A stretch of DNA of 64,000 nucleotides from Candidatus Bathyarchaeota archaeon. Its GTDB lineage: Archaea; Thermoproteota; Bathyarchaeia; Bathyarchaeales; Bathycorpusculaceae. This document shows positions 10,081 to 21,116 of the stretch, piece by piece; position 1 is the stretch's first letter; each line of letters begins with the position of its first letter. A program made the position numbers and the translations under genes. Below the pieces are notes generated by a model that did no database searches, was not told the origin of the DNA, and was given only the letters and a program-made list of their open reading frames with translations. The stretch covers positions 448,001 to 512,000 of the forward strand of contig CAWDYC010000004.1 in assembly GCA_963806535.1 (NCBI GenBank). Reading direction: 5' to 3'.

Positions 10081-10341
10081 TTATGGATAATGTGGAAGCT
10101 CGGTTTTTAAGGCGTCCCTTTTGAATAAAAATAGCAGCAGGAAAATTACCGCACACGCTATAGCGATTGATACAAATATGGTTCCATAAGTTATTTCAGC
10201 GCTTGTTGTTGCACCAAAATGAATAACTGCATTGTTGATTACGGTTCCGTTTGTTCCAAGCCAAATACCTATCACTCCTGGAATCATAAGGATCACCGCC
10301 GTTATTATCAGAAGAATACCTAATGGACCACCTCTGGACAT
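10081..10341 (-). CDS. Small two-TM membrane protein
   Basis: 86 aa, two hydrophobic helices; AAAACTTAAAT TATA-like motif upstream. Confidence 0.6.
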   Translation of the reverse strand: MSRGGPLGILLIITAVILMIPGVIGIWLGTNGTVINNAVIHFGATTSAEITYGTIFVSIAIACAVIFLLLFLFKRDALKTELPHYP

Positions 10342-10476
10342 AATTCAACTTTAGGTTGCTTTCCAGATTTAAGTTTTAAGCAAAAAAGCAAAGGCAAAAC
10401 AAACTCTTAAATCTGTAAAGCTTAGAAACAATTTAATAATGGAAGTCTCTGAGAACTCTCCACCCGGGTTGATAAC

Positions 10477-11223
10477 ATGGTAATGTACACGATTACGAAG
10501 AAAATAGAATCTGCCCTCGGGATTCATGACTTAGACGAACATTATATAATCGATGGTTTTGAAAACTCTCCAGTAGTCGTAGATTTAGGTGCTGGAAAGG
10601 GTGAATTCCCTGAGAGGATATTAGAAAAATATCCTTCTTCGAGAATTATTTTAGTTGAGCCCGATCCTGCTCTGATTCGTGAACTCACGAAGAAATTTGA
10701 AAAGCAAGAAAATGTGGAAATACTTGAGGGAGCCGCCGTAGGAAATGAAGAAAATAATTATCGCAAGTTTTATTTGAACAAAAATTATGGGACGAACTCA
10801 TTACACAAATCATTGTTTCCAGAAAAAGATATTCAAAGCGAAATTTCAGTAAGGATGGTCACTTTGGAAGATATTTTTTCATTGTTCCACCTTGAAAAGA
10901 TTGATTTGTTAAAGATAGACATTGAAGGAGAGGAGTGGAACATTTTGGAAAATTTTTCGAAGCACGATTTTGAAAGAATACAGCAAATATCTGTAGAATT
11001 TCATGATTTTATGGACCCTTCATTGAGACAAAGAAGCGAAAGATGCATAAAATTACTGAAAGATCTTGGGTACAGCTTTATTCACAGGGGAATAAGATAC
11101 ATGCGTGGATCACCCTACTATAACTGCCTTTTTTATGACAGAAAAAGATTGAACTCAAAAGCGATCGTTAAGTGGTTAAGCGTACCAACACAGGTATTCA
11201 TAAGCTTACAGAAACCTTACTGA
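10477..11223 (+). CDS. FkbM-family methyltransferase
   Basis: VVDLGAGKG, LVEP, IDLLKIDIEGEE, QISVEFH. Confidence 0.85.
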   Translation: MVMYTITKKIESALGIHDLDEHYIIDGFENSPVVVDLGAGKGEFPERILEKYPSSRIILVEPDPALIRELTKKFEKQENVEILEGAAVGNEENNYRKFYLNKNYGTNSLHKSLFPEKDIQSEISVRMVTLEDIFSLFHLEKIDLLKIDIEGEEWNILENFSKHDFERIQQISVEFHDFMDPSLRQRSERCIKLLKDLGYSFIHRGIRYMRGSPYYNCLFYDRKRLNSKAIVKWLSVPTQVFISLQKPY

Positions 11224-11382
11224 GATACTGGATTTGTAAGGAGGTTTCGATGACTCCACTAAGAATTACTCTGGAAATCAATTCAAAATATGAAATATCC
11301 TAAAAAATGATTTTATCTCGCTTATCAATAGTTAGAACAGCTTATTGTTTTTTAAATAAAAAAAGGATGGTTTGGTTTTGGT

Positions 11383-11583
11383 TTATTCTTGGCCGTGGTG
11401 CATCATACCCATGCCCATTCCCATGCCTTTTCCTCTTGAAGCCATGCCTTCTCTCCAATTCTGAATAATTCCTGGTAATATTTGATTCATCATTTCCATG
11501 TCTGTTTTGATTAGGTCCATGGCTGCTTGGTTTATTTCAACTTCAAAAGTTAATTTTACTTTTCCGCTTTTTTCTGCTTCCAT
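11383..11583 (-). CDS. Small Met/His-rich protein
   Basis: 66 aa ending GMGMGMGMMHHGQE; strong GGAGGTG RBS; T-rich terminator-like tract downstream. Confidence 0.75.
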   Translation of the reverse strand: MEAEKSGKVKLTFEVEINQAAMDLIKTDMEMMNQILPGIIQNWREGMASRGKGMGMGMGMMHHGQE

Positions 11584-11702
11584 AAATTCACCTCCTAAAT
11601 TATGAGCTGTGATTAGTTTTAGCTACCTAGTTGGTTAATGAACTTGTTTTTTAAAGGTGCGTGACTGTGCCGAAGCAACAACAAAGGGTTTTATGGCAAC
11701 TA

Positions 11703-12531
11703 CTATGTGTTCCAATGATTGGCTAGTGCTGCTAATGCTTTTTCAAACAGGTAGTCTTCTGGCATGACATCAACTTTTACACCCATTTCTTTTAGGGCTT
11801 CAGCTGTTGTGGGACCAATAGCCACAGTCGTAACCTTCCCGTTTATTATGCTTCGAAGTTTATCCATCGGCGCCTTCTCGGTAAGCATTTGGAAAATGTT
11901 TTTTGCGCTCAAGCCGCTTCCAAAAACAATTGCATCGATTTTTCCCGAGGTTAAATCTTGAAAGAACCTGTCTTTCAATTCTGCATCAACTGGCAGTCCT
12001 GATTCGTAAACATAAATTTCCTCAACATCCGCACCCATTTCCTTGAGCTTATCACTCAAAATGGGCGTTGCATTGCTGGTACGCGGAATCCGAATTTTTT
12101 TGCCTGAAAGCTCTCTGTCTTTTAAGCACTCGATTAATCCTTCAGAACTGTATTTCGTTGGGACTAAACTTACCTTAACATGGTATTCTTCTTCCAACGC
12201 TTGAGCTGTCCGTGGACCAACAGCTATAACAAACGTTTTAGACAATCCTTTCTTGAGTGAAGCTGGTTTGTTTTAGGGTTTCAGCGGCGCCAAAAAGATG
12301 TTTGACGCCGTTGGTGCTCATCAAAATAACATAGTCAACTTGCTCTTTTTGCAGTTCTGTGATGAATTTTTTGATTGGCTCGAGATTGCTTAGTCCTTTG
12401 ATTTCGATGGCGGGAATGTAATATGGGATCCCGCCTTTTTCCTTGATAAGTTTGCCTGCTTCTTCTGCTTGACCGGCAGGACGCGTTATGGCGACTGTTT
12501 TGCCTTTTAGGCTAGGGGTTTTTTGAACCAT
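11703..12531 (-). CDS. hemD: Uroporphyrinogen-III synthase (frameshift near 12250)
   Basis: VAITRP, AVGPRTA, VYES, AIGPTTAEAL; split over two ORFs. Confidence 0.9.
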
Positions 12532-13262
12532 GCGAGTTTCCTGCCTAAATTTGCTACTTCACCGATAACGATGACCGCTGGCGGTTTGATTTGTTTTTCT
12601 TCTGCCATTTTAGCTATTGTGCCGATCTTGCCAATGATGGTTCTTTGCTGTTGCATTGTGCCCGATTCAATAATAGCTGCAGGCGTTTGGGGGCTTAATC
12701 CACCGTTTATCAGCTTTTCTGTTATGGCGTGAAGAGATTCTACACCCATCAAAATAACCATCGTGTCTACTGCATCGGCTATTTTTGCCCAGTTAATCGG
12801 TTTTTCTGCGTCGCCGGCTCTGTGCCCAGTTATGATAGCCACCGAAGCCGCATAATCCCTGTGAGTCAAAGGTATGCCAGCATACATTGGCGCTGCAACT
12901 GAGGAACTAATTCCGGGCACAACTTCAAACTCGATGCCTTTTTCTACCAGGGCTTCGGCTTCTTCGCCGCCTCTGCCGAAAACAAATGGGTCGCCGCCCT
13001 TAAGCCTAACCACATTGCCGCCTGTCTGGGCTTTCTCAATTATCAACTCAGTAATCTTGTCCTGTGGAACCTCATGTATGCCCGTTCGCTTCCCCACATA
13101 AATCTTCTCAGCTTTTTCTGGGACTAAGTCTATAATTGATTCACCGACTAATCTGTCGTAAATTACAATGTCCGCTTGTTTCAGCAGTTCGACCGCTCTT
13201 ACTGTGAGCAGTTTGGGGTCGCCGGGTCCAGCGCCTACCAGGTAGACTTTACCATGTGCCAT
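12507..13262 (-). CDS. cobA: Uroporphyrinogen-III C-methyltransferase
   Basis: VYLVGAGPGDPKLLT, RLKGGDPFVFGRGGEE, GIPLTHR. Confidence 0.95.
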   Translation of the reverse strand: MAHGKVYLVGAGPGDPKLLTVRAVELLKQADIVIYDRLVGESIIDLVPEKAEKIYVGKRTGIHEVPQDKITELIIEKAQTGGNVVRLKGGDPFVFGRGGEEAEALVEKGIEFEVVPGISSSVAAPMYAGIPLTHRDYAASVAIITGHRAGDAEKPINWAKIADAVDTMVILMGVESLHAITEKLINGGLSPQTPAAIIESGTMQQQRTIIGKIGTIAKMAEEKQIKPPAVIVIGEVANLGRKLAWFKKPLA

Positions 13263-14185
13263 ATTTTTGTCTCCATTCTTTTTCAAGGTCTTTGGCTCCA
13301 TGTTTGATGAGGTCTTGACCCACTATTTCGCCAAGTTTGTAAGCGTCGGCTAATGTTCCTTGGGCTGAAGCACTGATTTTTTTTCGTTCATTAAGTGAGA
13401 AAATGCATCCGAACAACGAGAGATTGTTGTCAACCACATGTCCGACGGCTCCAATTGGTACTCGGCAGCCGCCTTCCAATTCAAGCACCAAACTCCGTTC
13501 AGCGTTTATCTCAGCCCGAGTTGCGTTGTCTTCAACTGACCTCAAAAGCGAAATTACGTCTTTCGTTTCCTTCTTTGGCAACAATTGCTATAGCTCCCTG
13601 TCCCGCTGCTGAAGGAAACTCGTCGAGAGATAAGCGCTCAGTGATTTCTTTTTCTAAATTCATTCTCTCAAGCCCCGCTTCCGCGATGACGACTCCTGCA
13701 AACTCGCCTCTTCTAACTTTGTTCAATCGCGTGTCCACGTTGCCGCGGATAGGTTGAACGTCCAAGTCTGGGCGTATAAATTTGATTTCTGCCATTCTTC
13801 TGAGGCTGCCTGTACCAACAACTGAGCCTCCGGGTAAAGCGTTAAGGGTCACTTTGCTTTTTGAGATAAAAACGTCATGTTGCGAATCCCGTTTTGGAAT
13901 TGCAGCTAAAACCGTGCCACCTGTCTGTTCAACAATGGGCACATCTTTTAAACTGTGAACGGCAAAGTCGATTTCGCCATTAACGACTTGCTGATCAATT
14001 TCTTTTTCAAAAATGCCTTTGCAATCAATAGAAAACAGTGGTTTGCCATGTTCTTTGTCGCCTACGGTTTTGATGATGTTTAGTTTAAAATCAAGTTCGG
14101 GATGTGCCTGCTTGATTTGTTTGAGGACTCGGTTTGTTTGTGCAAGTGCGAGTACGCTTCCTCTGGTGCCAACGGCTAGTTTCAT
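13249..14185 (-). CDS. hemC: Porphobilinogen deaminase (frameshift near 13580)
   Basis: GTRGSVLALAQ, VHSLKD, GTGSLRR, RGNVDTR, LEGGCRVPIG. Confidence 0.95.
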
Positions 14186-15495
14186 TTGGTTTGTTTCTCC
14201 CTTGCTTTGTTTAGTGCTTTGTCAAAAGCGTTTATTGTATGCTTTATATCTTCGTCAGTGTGAGCGGTTGAAACAAAGCAGGTTTCGAATTGTGACGGAG
14301 GAATAAACACGCCTTGCTTGAGCAATTCATTGAAGTAAGCGGCAAACATTTTGGTGTCAGAATGCTTGGCGCATGCGTAGTCTCTGACTTCTTCGTTTGT
14401 AAAGAATATCTGGTACATGGAAGCGATGTTGTAGACTTGTGCTTGCAAATCGTAGGTTTGGACAATATCCACTAAGGCTTTTGTTAATTCAGCACAGTTT
14501 TTCTCAAGCTTCGGGTAAATCTCTGCTTTCTTTTGGTTAAGCAGCTTAAGGATTGTGTAGCCTGCGGTCGCTGAAATTGGGTTGCCGCTAAAAGTGCCTG
14601 CTTGATAGACTTTACCGACTGGCGAAATGTTCTCCATAATCTCGCGTTTGCCGCCAAACGCCGCCAAAGGAAAGCCGCCACCCAAGACTTTGCCAAGCGT
14701 CGCCATGTCAGGCTTCACACCATAGTATTCCTGTGCGCCGCCCAATGCCAAACGGAAACCCGTGATTATCTCATCAAAAATTAGTACGGTGCCATATTGG
14801 CTTGTTACTTTTCTGAGGTAGCTAAGGTAATCTTCTGTTGGCAAAATTAGCCCAACATTTGCTAAAACTGGCTCAACAATAACCGCGGCTACTTCGTTGC
14901 CTTGCTGCTTCATAACTGCCTCTAAGGCTTCAACGCTGTTGTAGGGCACCACAATGGTGTTCTGGGTTGTTTCCTCAGGGATTCCAAGCGAGTTTGGTGT
15001 GCCAAAAGTTGCAGCTCCCGAGCCTGCCTTTACCAAAACGCTGTCGTGTGATCCGTGGAAGCAGCCTTCGAACTTGATGATTTTTTTTCTTCCCGTGTAG
15101 CCTCGTGCCGCTCGAATAGCATGCATCGTGGCTTCAGTGCCTGAGTTTACGAGGCGAAGCATTTCCATGCAGGGTGACGCTTTGGATATTAGTTCGGCAA
15201 ATTCAACTTCCCGCTCTGTTGGGGCGCCGTAAAGTGAGCCTTTAGGTAACTGATTTTTCACTGCTTCCATTATGTCGGGTTGGACATGTCCCAAAAGTAA
15301 TGCACCGTAAGCCATGCAGTAGTCAACATATTCGGTGCCGTCTGCGCTGGTCATTTTGCTGCCTTTGGCATGGTCTACGAAGAATGGGTATGGTTCAAAG
15401 GCTCGGACTGGACTGTTTACGCCTCCAGGCAGAACTTTTTTGGCTCTTTCAAAAAGCGTCTTTGACTTGTTTCCGCTCAAGGCTGATTCAACCAC
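14182..15495 (-). CDS. hemL: Glutamate-1-semialdehyde 2,1-aminomutase
   Basis: PGGVNSPVRAF, SGTEATM, FDEIITGFR, GKVLGGG, QAGTFSGNP. Confidence 0.97.
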   Translation of the reverse strand: MVESALSGNKSKTLFERAKKVLPGGVNSPVRAFEPYPFFVDHAKGSKMTSADGTEYVDYCMAYGALLLGHVQPDIMEAVKNQLPKGSLYGAPTEREVEFAELISKASPCMEMLRLVNSGTEATMHAIRAARGYTGRKKIIKFEGCFHGSHDSVLVKAGSGAATFGTPNSLGIPEETTQNTIVVPYNSVEALEAVMKQQGNEVAAVIVEPVLANVGLILPTEDYLSYLRKVTSQYGTVLIFDEIITGFRLALGGAQEYYGVKPDMATLGKVLGGGFPLAAFGGKREIMENISPVGKVYQAGTFSGNPISATAGYTILKLLNQKKAEIYPKLEKNCAELTKALVDIVQTYDLQAQVYNIASMYQIFFTNEEVRDYACAKHSDTKMFAAYFNELLKQGVFIPPSQFETCFVSTAHTDEDIKHTINAFDKALNKAREKQTK

Positions 15496-16457
15496 GATTT
15501 GGCATCTTTAGCAAAGTAGGTTATGATTAGGTCGGCGCCTGCACGTTTTATGCCTGTTAATATTTCGCGGATAACGGTTTTTTCGTCTATCCATCCGTTT
15601 TGGGCAGCTGCTTTAACCATGCTGTATTCGCCGCTGACGTTGTAGGCGACTATGGGTACGTTAAAGTTGGCTTTTGCAATGCCGATAATGTCTAGGTAAG
15701 CTAAAGCTGGTTTAACCATGATCATGTCGGCGCCTTCGTTGAGGTCTAATTCCATTTCTCGTATGGCTTCCTCTTGGCTGCCTTGGCTCATTTGGTAGCT
15801 TCTGCGGTTTCCAAATTTCGGCGTGGACTCCGCTGCTTCCCTGAATGGACCGTAAAAGCCCGACGCGTATTTTGCTGAGTAAGCCATAATTGGTATCTGC
15901 TCAAAACCAGCGTCGTCCAGTGCTTCTCGGATGGCGCCAACTTGCCCGTCCATCATTGCTGAAGGAGCAACAATATCCGCGCCTGCTTCTGCTTGGCTAA
16001 CTGCTACTTTGCCAAGTACATCCAGTGTTTGGTCGTTTAGGACTTCGCCGTCTTTGACGAAGCCACAGTGCCCATGACTCATATACTCGCATAGGCAGAC
16101 ATCGCCGATAACGACAAGTTCTTCTCCATAAGTTTTTTTCAACTCATCAATTGCCTTTTGAACAACCCCATTTTTGGCAAAAGCGCTTGTACCCAACTCA
16201 TCTTTTTTTGCTGGAATACCAAAGAGCAGAACACTTTTTACGCCTTGAGCCAATGCCTGTTTTCCTTCATCTGCAACTTGACTAATTGGCAGTCGACTGT
16301 AACCCGGCATTGATTCTATGGCAACGGGTTTTTTGATGGTTTCGTCAACGAAAATTGGGTAAATTAGGTTGCTTGGCTGCAGATTAATTTGGTTTAGTAT
16401 GTCCCGCATCGCTGCAGTTCTGCGTAGTCTTCTCATTCTAACGGTTGGAAAACTCAA
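15477..16457 (-). CDS. hemB: Porphobilinogen synthase (Zn-type)
   Basis: RMRRLR, DVCLCEYMSHGHCG, SAMMDG, MVKPA; TTG start at 16457 with AGGAG RBS. Confidence 0.96.
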   Translation of the reverse strand: MSFPTVRMRRLRRTAAMRDILNQINLQPSNLIYPIFVDETIKKPVAIESMPGYSRLPISQVADEGKQALAQGVKSVLLFGIPAKKDELGTSAFAKNGVVQKAIDELKKTYGEELVVIGDVCLCEYMSHGHCGFVKDGEVLNDQTLDVLGKVAVSQAEAGADIVAPSAMMDGQVGAIREALDDAGFEQIPIMAYSAKYASGFYGPFREAAESTPKFGNRRSYQMSQGSQEEAIREMELDLNEGADMIMVKPALAYLDIIGIAKANFNVPIVAYNVSGEYSMVKAAAQNGWIDEKTVIREILTGIKRAGADLIITYFAKDAKSWLNQP

Positions 16458-16458
16458 T

Positions 16459-17114
16459 TTATTTTGTCTCCTTTTCTTTATGAGTTTCATGGCTAATTCT
16501 TGAGCCTCAAGAAGCTTTCCTTCTTTTAAAACTTGTTTAATGTTATCGTTATTAAGTATCTCGTTTAACATTTTGCTTCTAAGCTTTTGAGTCAGACAAT
16601 TTGTTCTTTGAGAATACTGCGTAAGTGGCTTTGTAACTCAATCTCAAGCAGATCTTCAGGCTGAATCAGCTTCTCAATTCTTTCTCTAAGCGCCTTAGCC
16701 ATGGCAGGGCTTTTTCCCGAAGTGGAAACCGCAATCTTGACATCGCCGATATGTGCAACTGCTGGCAAAATAAAATCGCTCAACGCAGGATTATCAACGG
16801 AGTAAACCATGCATCCAACAGACTTTAGCCGCTTTAACCAGTTCAAAGTTAAGTTTTGAATTATCTGTAACAGCCAAAAACATGTCAGGCTTAGGATTTA
16901 GACTTTCAACAAAAGCTTTGGCATCTTTAATTTCAGTTTTTACCAAAGCAACTTTTTTTTCTTCAGCCAACTTTTGGATGCCGCTTGAAAAATCTTTGCT
17001 TATAACCCAGATTTTTGCGCCAGAATCTACAAAGTTCAGGGTTTTTCGGTAGCCCTCAGAGCCTCCGCCAACTACAATTATTGTTTTTCCGTCGAGTTTA
17101 AGGTCAATTAGCAC
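16459..17114 (-). CDS. sirC: Precorrin-2 dehydrogenase (SirC/CysG N-terminal type), several frameshifts
   Basis: IVVGGG, VDNPALSDF, IAVSTSGKSPAMA; spread over three frames. Confidence 0.85.
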
Positions 17115-18676
17115 TTTTCTTGTTTGCCACCTTCAGAAGCGTTGAGCCTATAATTGGTGACTAAAGTTTTGAATTTTTCCATAAACGCCTCATAATCAAC
17201 TTTTGTTAGTTTTGGGGCGTCGGCAATTTTTGTTAATGCTTCGATGTTTAGGTATTGTTCTGCTACTTGGATGGCTTGGGCTCCGAATTCTTCGTATTTT
17301 ATTTCGATTTCAGGTATCATGCCTCTTCCTTCCACTTCCATTCGCGGCACAATGCCTAGCAATTCGACGCCTGCATTTTCAAAAGCACTTTTAATTGTTT
17401 GTTTGATTTCGTCACTAAGATAGCTTATGCGCGCTTTGTTTAGGATTACTCCTGTTGTGTTTACTCCAAGATTTCGAGCAGATTAACGTAGTTTAGAGTG
17501 TTCACGACTGCGCCCTCTACGCCTTCTTTGTCACAGCCAACAACAAGAACTGTTGATGCGCCAAGTGCTGCTGCAACTTCAGCCGTCGAAGTTGGCCGCA
17601 CAACTTTATCATTTAAAAGTCCAGTGAAAGCGCTCATCGCTCCTTCAACAAGAATAAAATCGTAGTTTTTGCTAGCTTCACTTATTGCTTCGGCAAGTGG
17701 TTTCCAGCCGCTTTCGCCAATTTTAATTGACGAGTAAGGTTTAATCGGCTCTTTAATGAGGTAAAGTGCTGGTACAGCGTCTCGTATGTCTCCGCCAACT
17801 TTTATGATTCCAACTTTGAAGCCTCTTTTCTTTAATGCTGCCAGCAATGCCTGCAACAAGAAAGGTTTTTCCTGAACCGCTTCCTGTCGCCGTGACCAAT
17901 AGTAGGCGTGGCGTTTTTTGTTTGGCGGTGCCTTGCTGTTGGATGTTGGTTGCGATTCCGATTTCGCATTTTATTCGCTTCAAAAGTTTGGCGTTTGCGC
18001 TTCGAATGTCTTCGAGCTCAATTGCATTTATGTTAAGTGATTTTGTGATGCTGTTGATTATGGTTGGGTTCTGGTCAAGCAGTCCGTGAACGAAAATTCC
18101 GACGACGTTGCCTTCTTTGTTGGCTACTCCTGAAACCAAATCTTGCGGGTCCTTATGGTAATTGACGCGTTGCACGTGTGAAACAAGAATTGTTTTTGCA
18201 TCTTTATGCAGCAGGATTTGGCCGTAGGTGTGGCAGTGGAATCCTGAAACTTCTTTGCCAACTTCTTGCGTGATGAAACTCTTGTCAGTTACAGTGGCCA
18301 TTACACGGTCAGTGCAGATTAAGGGCTTGAACTCTGCATCCAGCAAGCCTAAGCCTTCGCGGGTTATGGGCACTGTTGAGAGGCGTCCAACATCGGTTTC
18401 TTTTGCAAGAATTTGGAAACCTGAGCAGATTCCCAGCACAAATTTGCCGCTATCAGCCATTTTCAATATTTCATGACTTACTTTTTTGTTAACGCTTTGT
18501 GATTCAACTAGGCTTCCGCCTGGAATGATTATCATGTCTAAAACTTCAGATGCTGGCTTGCCATCTACAAGGGCATCGGAGCAAACTAGGTCGGTTGGGA
18601 GGTTTCCGAAGTCTTCAAAGCATGGAAGAGCGCCTGGAAGGTACACCAAACCTATTCTGTGATGTAATTCTGTCAC
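17108..18676 (-). CDS. Cobyrinate amidotransferase-like protein, N-terminal GATase + C-terminal CbiA-type ATPase (PRK06278-like); frameshifts near 17830 and 17470
   Basis: GALPCFEDFGNLPT, GICSGFQIL, GFHCH, ATGSGSGKT, LVEGAM, GVILNK. Confidence 0.8.
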
Positions 18677-18738
18677 AAATTTTGCCCTTCGCGTATTTAC
18701 GGTAAAACTTATATTTAAGACGGTCGGTTTATCCAACC

Positions 18739-20026
18739 ATGCATTCCTCGGCGAAGACAGACCATACTATCAATGTTAGGATAACGCATAAAACAGCTCA
18801 TGTGCCATTAATGGAGGCTGTAGCGTTTAAAGAAAAAGAAAAAGCTCTTGCCGAGATCTGTTCTCTTGAAAACGTTGAAGAATGCTTAATTCTTCAGACA
18901 TGCAACCGCATAGAAATCTTTGTTGTATCCGAAGAAGTCGCTAACACAATTAGTTTACTTAAGGATTATTTTTCTAAAAGAGCCAATGAGCATGCTGAGG
19001 AAGCATACAAAGCTATTGAAACTTCAGTAGATAATGATGCTTTTAATCACCTTTTAAGGGTAACTTCAGGTTTAGAATCCATGGTTATAGGCGAAGACCA
19101 AGTTCTAAATCAAGTCTGGGACGCTTATTTGCTGGCGGATAACGCTAAAACAATCGGTCCAATCCTAAAGCACCTGTTTAACCGTTCAATGACTGTTGGC
19201 AGACGTGTAAGAAACGAAACAGGCATCAACAAAGGCGCTGTTTCGGTGGGTTCAGCAGCCGTTGAATTAGCCGTTAAAGTTGCTGGGCAACTTGGAAGAT
19301 AAGAAAATTCTGGTTATGGGCGCTGGAGAAATAGGAACTCTCGTTGCCAAAGCCTTATCACACCGCTGCCTTAGCCCTATTTTTATTGCAAACAGAACTT
19401 ATGAGAGGGCAGTAAAGTTAGCTGAAGATCTGAAAGGAAAAGCGGTAAAGTTTAATCAGTTTGAAGAAGTCCTCGTTGACGCTGACGTGGTAATTTGCTC
19501 AACTGCAGCACCTCACTACTTGTTAACCAAAGAAATACTTTCAAGATTAATGACGCAGCGAACAAACAAAAATGACCTTGTAATCATTGACATTTCAAAC
19601 CCACGAAATGTCGAAAAGGCAGTTCAAGAAGTCAAAGCAACAAAACTCTACAACATCGACGATTTACAATTAATTGCCGACAAGAACAAACAACAACGCG
19701 AAAAAAGCATTGAAAAAGCAGTCAAAATCCTCGACGAAGAACTTGTTGTTCTCAATCAGGACATGAAAAGCCTCTCAGTTCGCCTAATCATTTCATCATT
19801 GCTTTCTCAGGCTGAGCAAGTTCGGCAAAAAGAACTTGCAACCGCTCTAAACATGATTGGCAATGTTGATGATAAAGAGCGGAAGATTCTTGAAGATTTA
19901 ACCTCTATTTTGCTGAAACAAACTTTTGTGCCGATTGTTGAAAACTTGCGTGTAGCCGCGAAAAACGGTGACCAACAAATAATTGATTTTGCAGCGAAGT
20001 TGTTTGAGAAAACGGGGAAAAATTAA
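18739..20026 (+). CDS. hemA: Glutamyl-tRNA reductase (frameshift near 19278)
   Basis: LQTCNRIE, SGLESMVIGEDQVLNQ, GAGEIG, ANRT, DISNPRNV. Confidence 0.95.
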
Positions 20027-20027
20027 C

Positions 20028-21102
20028 GTGGCAAATTCAGAGTTGGATAAAGTTGGTTTAATTCTTATTGGGCATGGAAGCAAACTGCCTCATAACAGAG
20101 AAAACCTCGAAAAATTAGCCGACATTACTTCGCAGCCGCAATAAATTCAAGATTGTAGAAATCGCTTTTATGATTAGAGATACACCAACCATTGCCCAAG
20201 CGATAGATGCGATGTCACAGAAGGGCGTTTCAAAAATTGTTTTGGTTCCTGCTTTTCTAGCGCCTGGTGTTCATACGACGCAAGAGATTCCTGAGTTAAT
20301 CGGGGTTAAAGAAAAAGAGCCCCAGCTAAAGGCACATGGAATCGAATTAGTCTATGGGGAACCTTTAGGTAGCGATGAGCGCATAGCCGACATCCTTGAA
20401 GAAAAAGCCTTCAAAGCCCTGGGAAGAGAGCGCAAGAAGGATACTGAAGTTGTTGACGCTTACTCTGTTGCTGAAGCCGGAAAAATAGTGGATAAAAGCA
20501 TGAAGCTTATCCGAGAAGCAATTGGCCCTGAATTAGCCAAAGCGCCAAAAGATCAAGTTCCAGTAATCGAACGTGTAGTGCACACGACAGCTGACCCAGA
20601 ATTCGCCAAACTCCTCGTAATTAGTAAAGATGCAGTGCAAGCTGGCGTAGCCGCGATTAAGGCTGGCGCAAAAGTAGTCACTGACGTTAAGATGGTGAAA
20701 GCAGGCATTAATGATGCAAGACTCAAAAAATTCGGCAGCAAAGTAACCACATACATGAATGATGAGCGAACTATGGACTTGGCGAAGGCGGAGTCGTTAA
20801 CGCGTTCCGCAGCTGCCATGAGACTCGCAATAAAAGACGGCTTAGACGGCGCTATCGTACTGATTGGTAACGCTCCAACTGCAGCCTTTGAGTTGGCGGA
20901 CCAGATAAAGAAGGGAAAAGTTAAGCCAGCCTTGATTGTTGCGGTACCTGTGGGTTTTGTGGGTGCTGCTGAATCAAAAGAAGTAATCGCAAAACTGCCT
21001 ATACCATTCGTTATTACACGGGGACGCAAAGGCGGCAGCACGATTGCAGTAGCAGTTTTCAATTCATTGCTTTCCATGGCTGAAGGCAAAGCCTACGGTT
21101 AA
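20028..21102 (+). CDS. cbiC: Fused sirohydrochlorin cobaltochelatase (short CbiX) and cobalt-precorrin-8 methylmutase (CbiC); frameshift near 20128
   Basis: GTG 20028 gives [11 protein letters not shown]; then [13 protein letters not shown]; then [37 protein letters not shown]. Confidence 0.9.
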
Positions 21103-21116
21103 CCGAGGCAACTTGT

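Noticed and set aside
930-11300. Integron-like or CRISPR-like array among short accessory genes
   Set aside because: Genes are in mixed orientation; no attC-like or regularly spaced repeats; recurring AAAACTTAAAT motifs are BRE/TATA promoters; no integrase
20028-20400. Short chelatase as CfbA (F430 synthesis)
   Set aside because: Fused to CbiC inside a cbi operon; no cfbC/D/E or mcr genes
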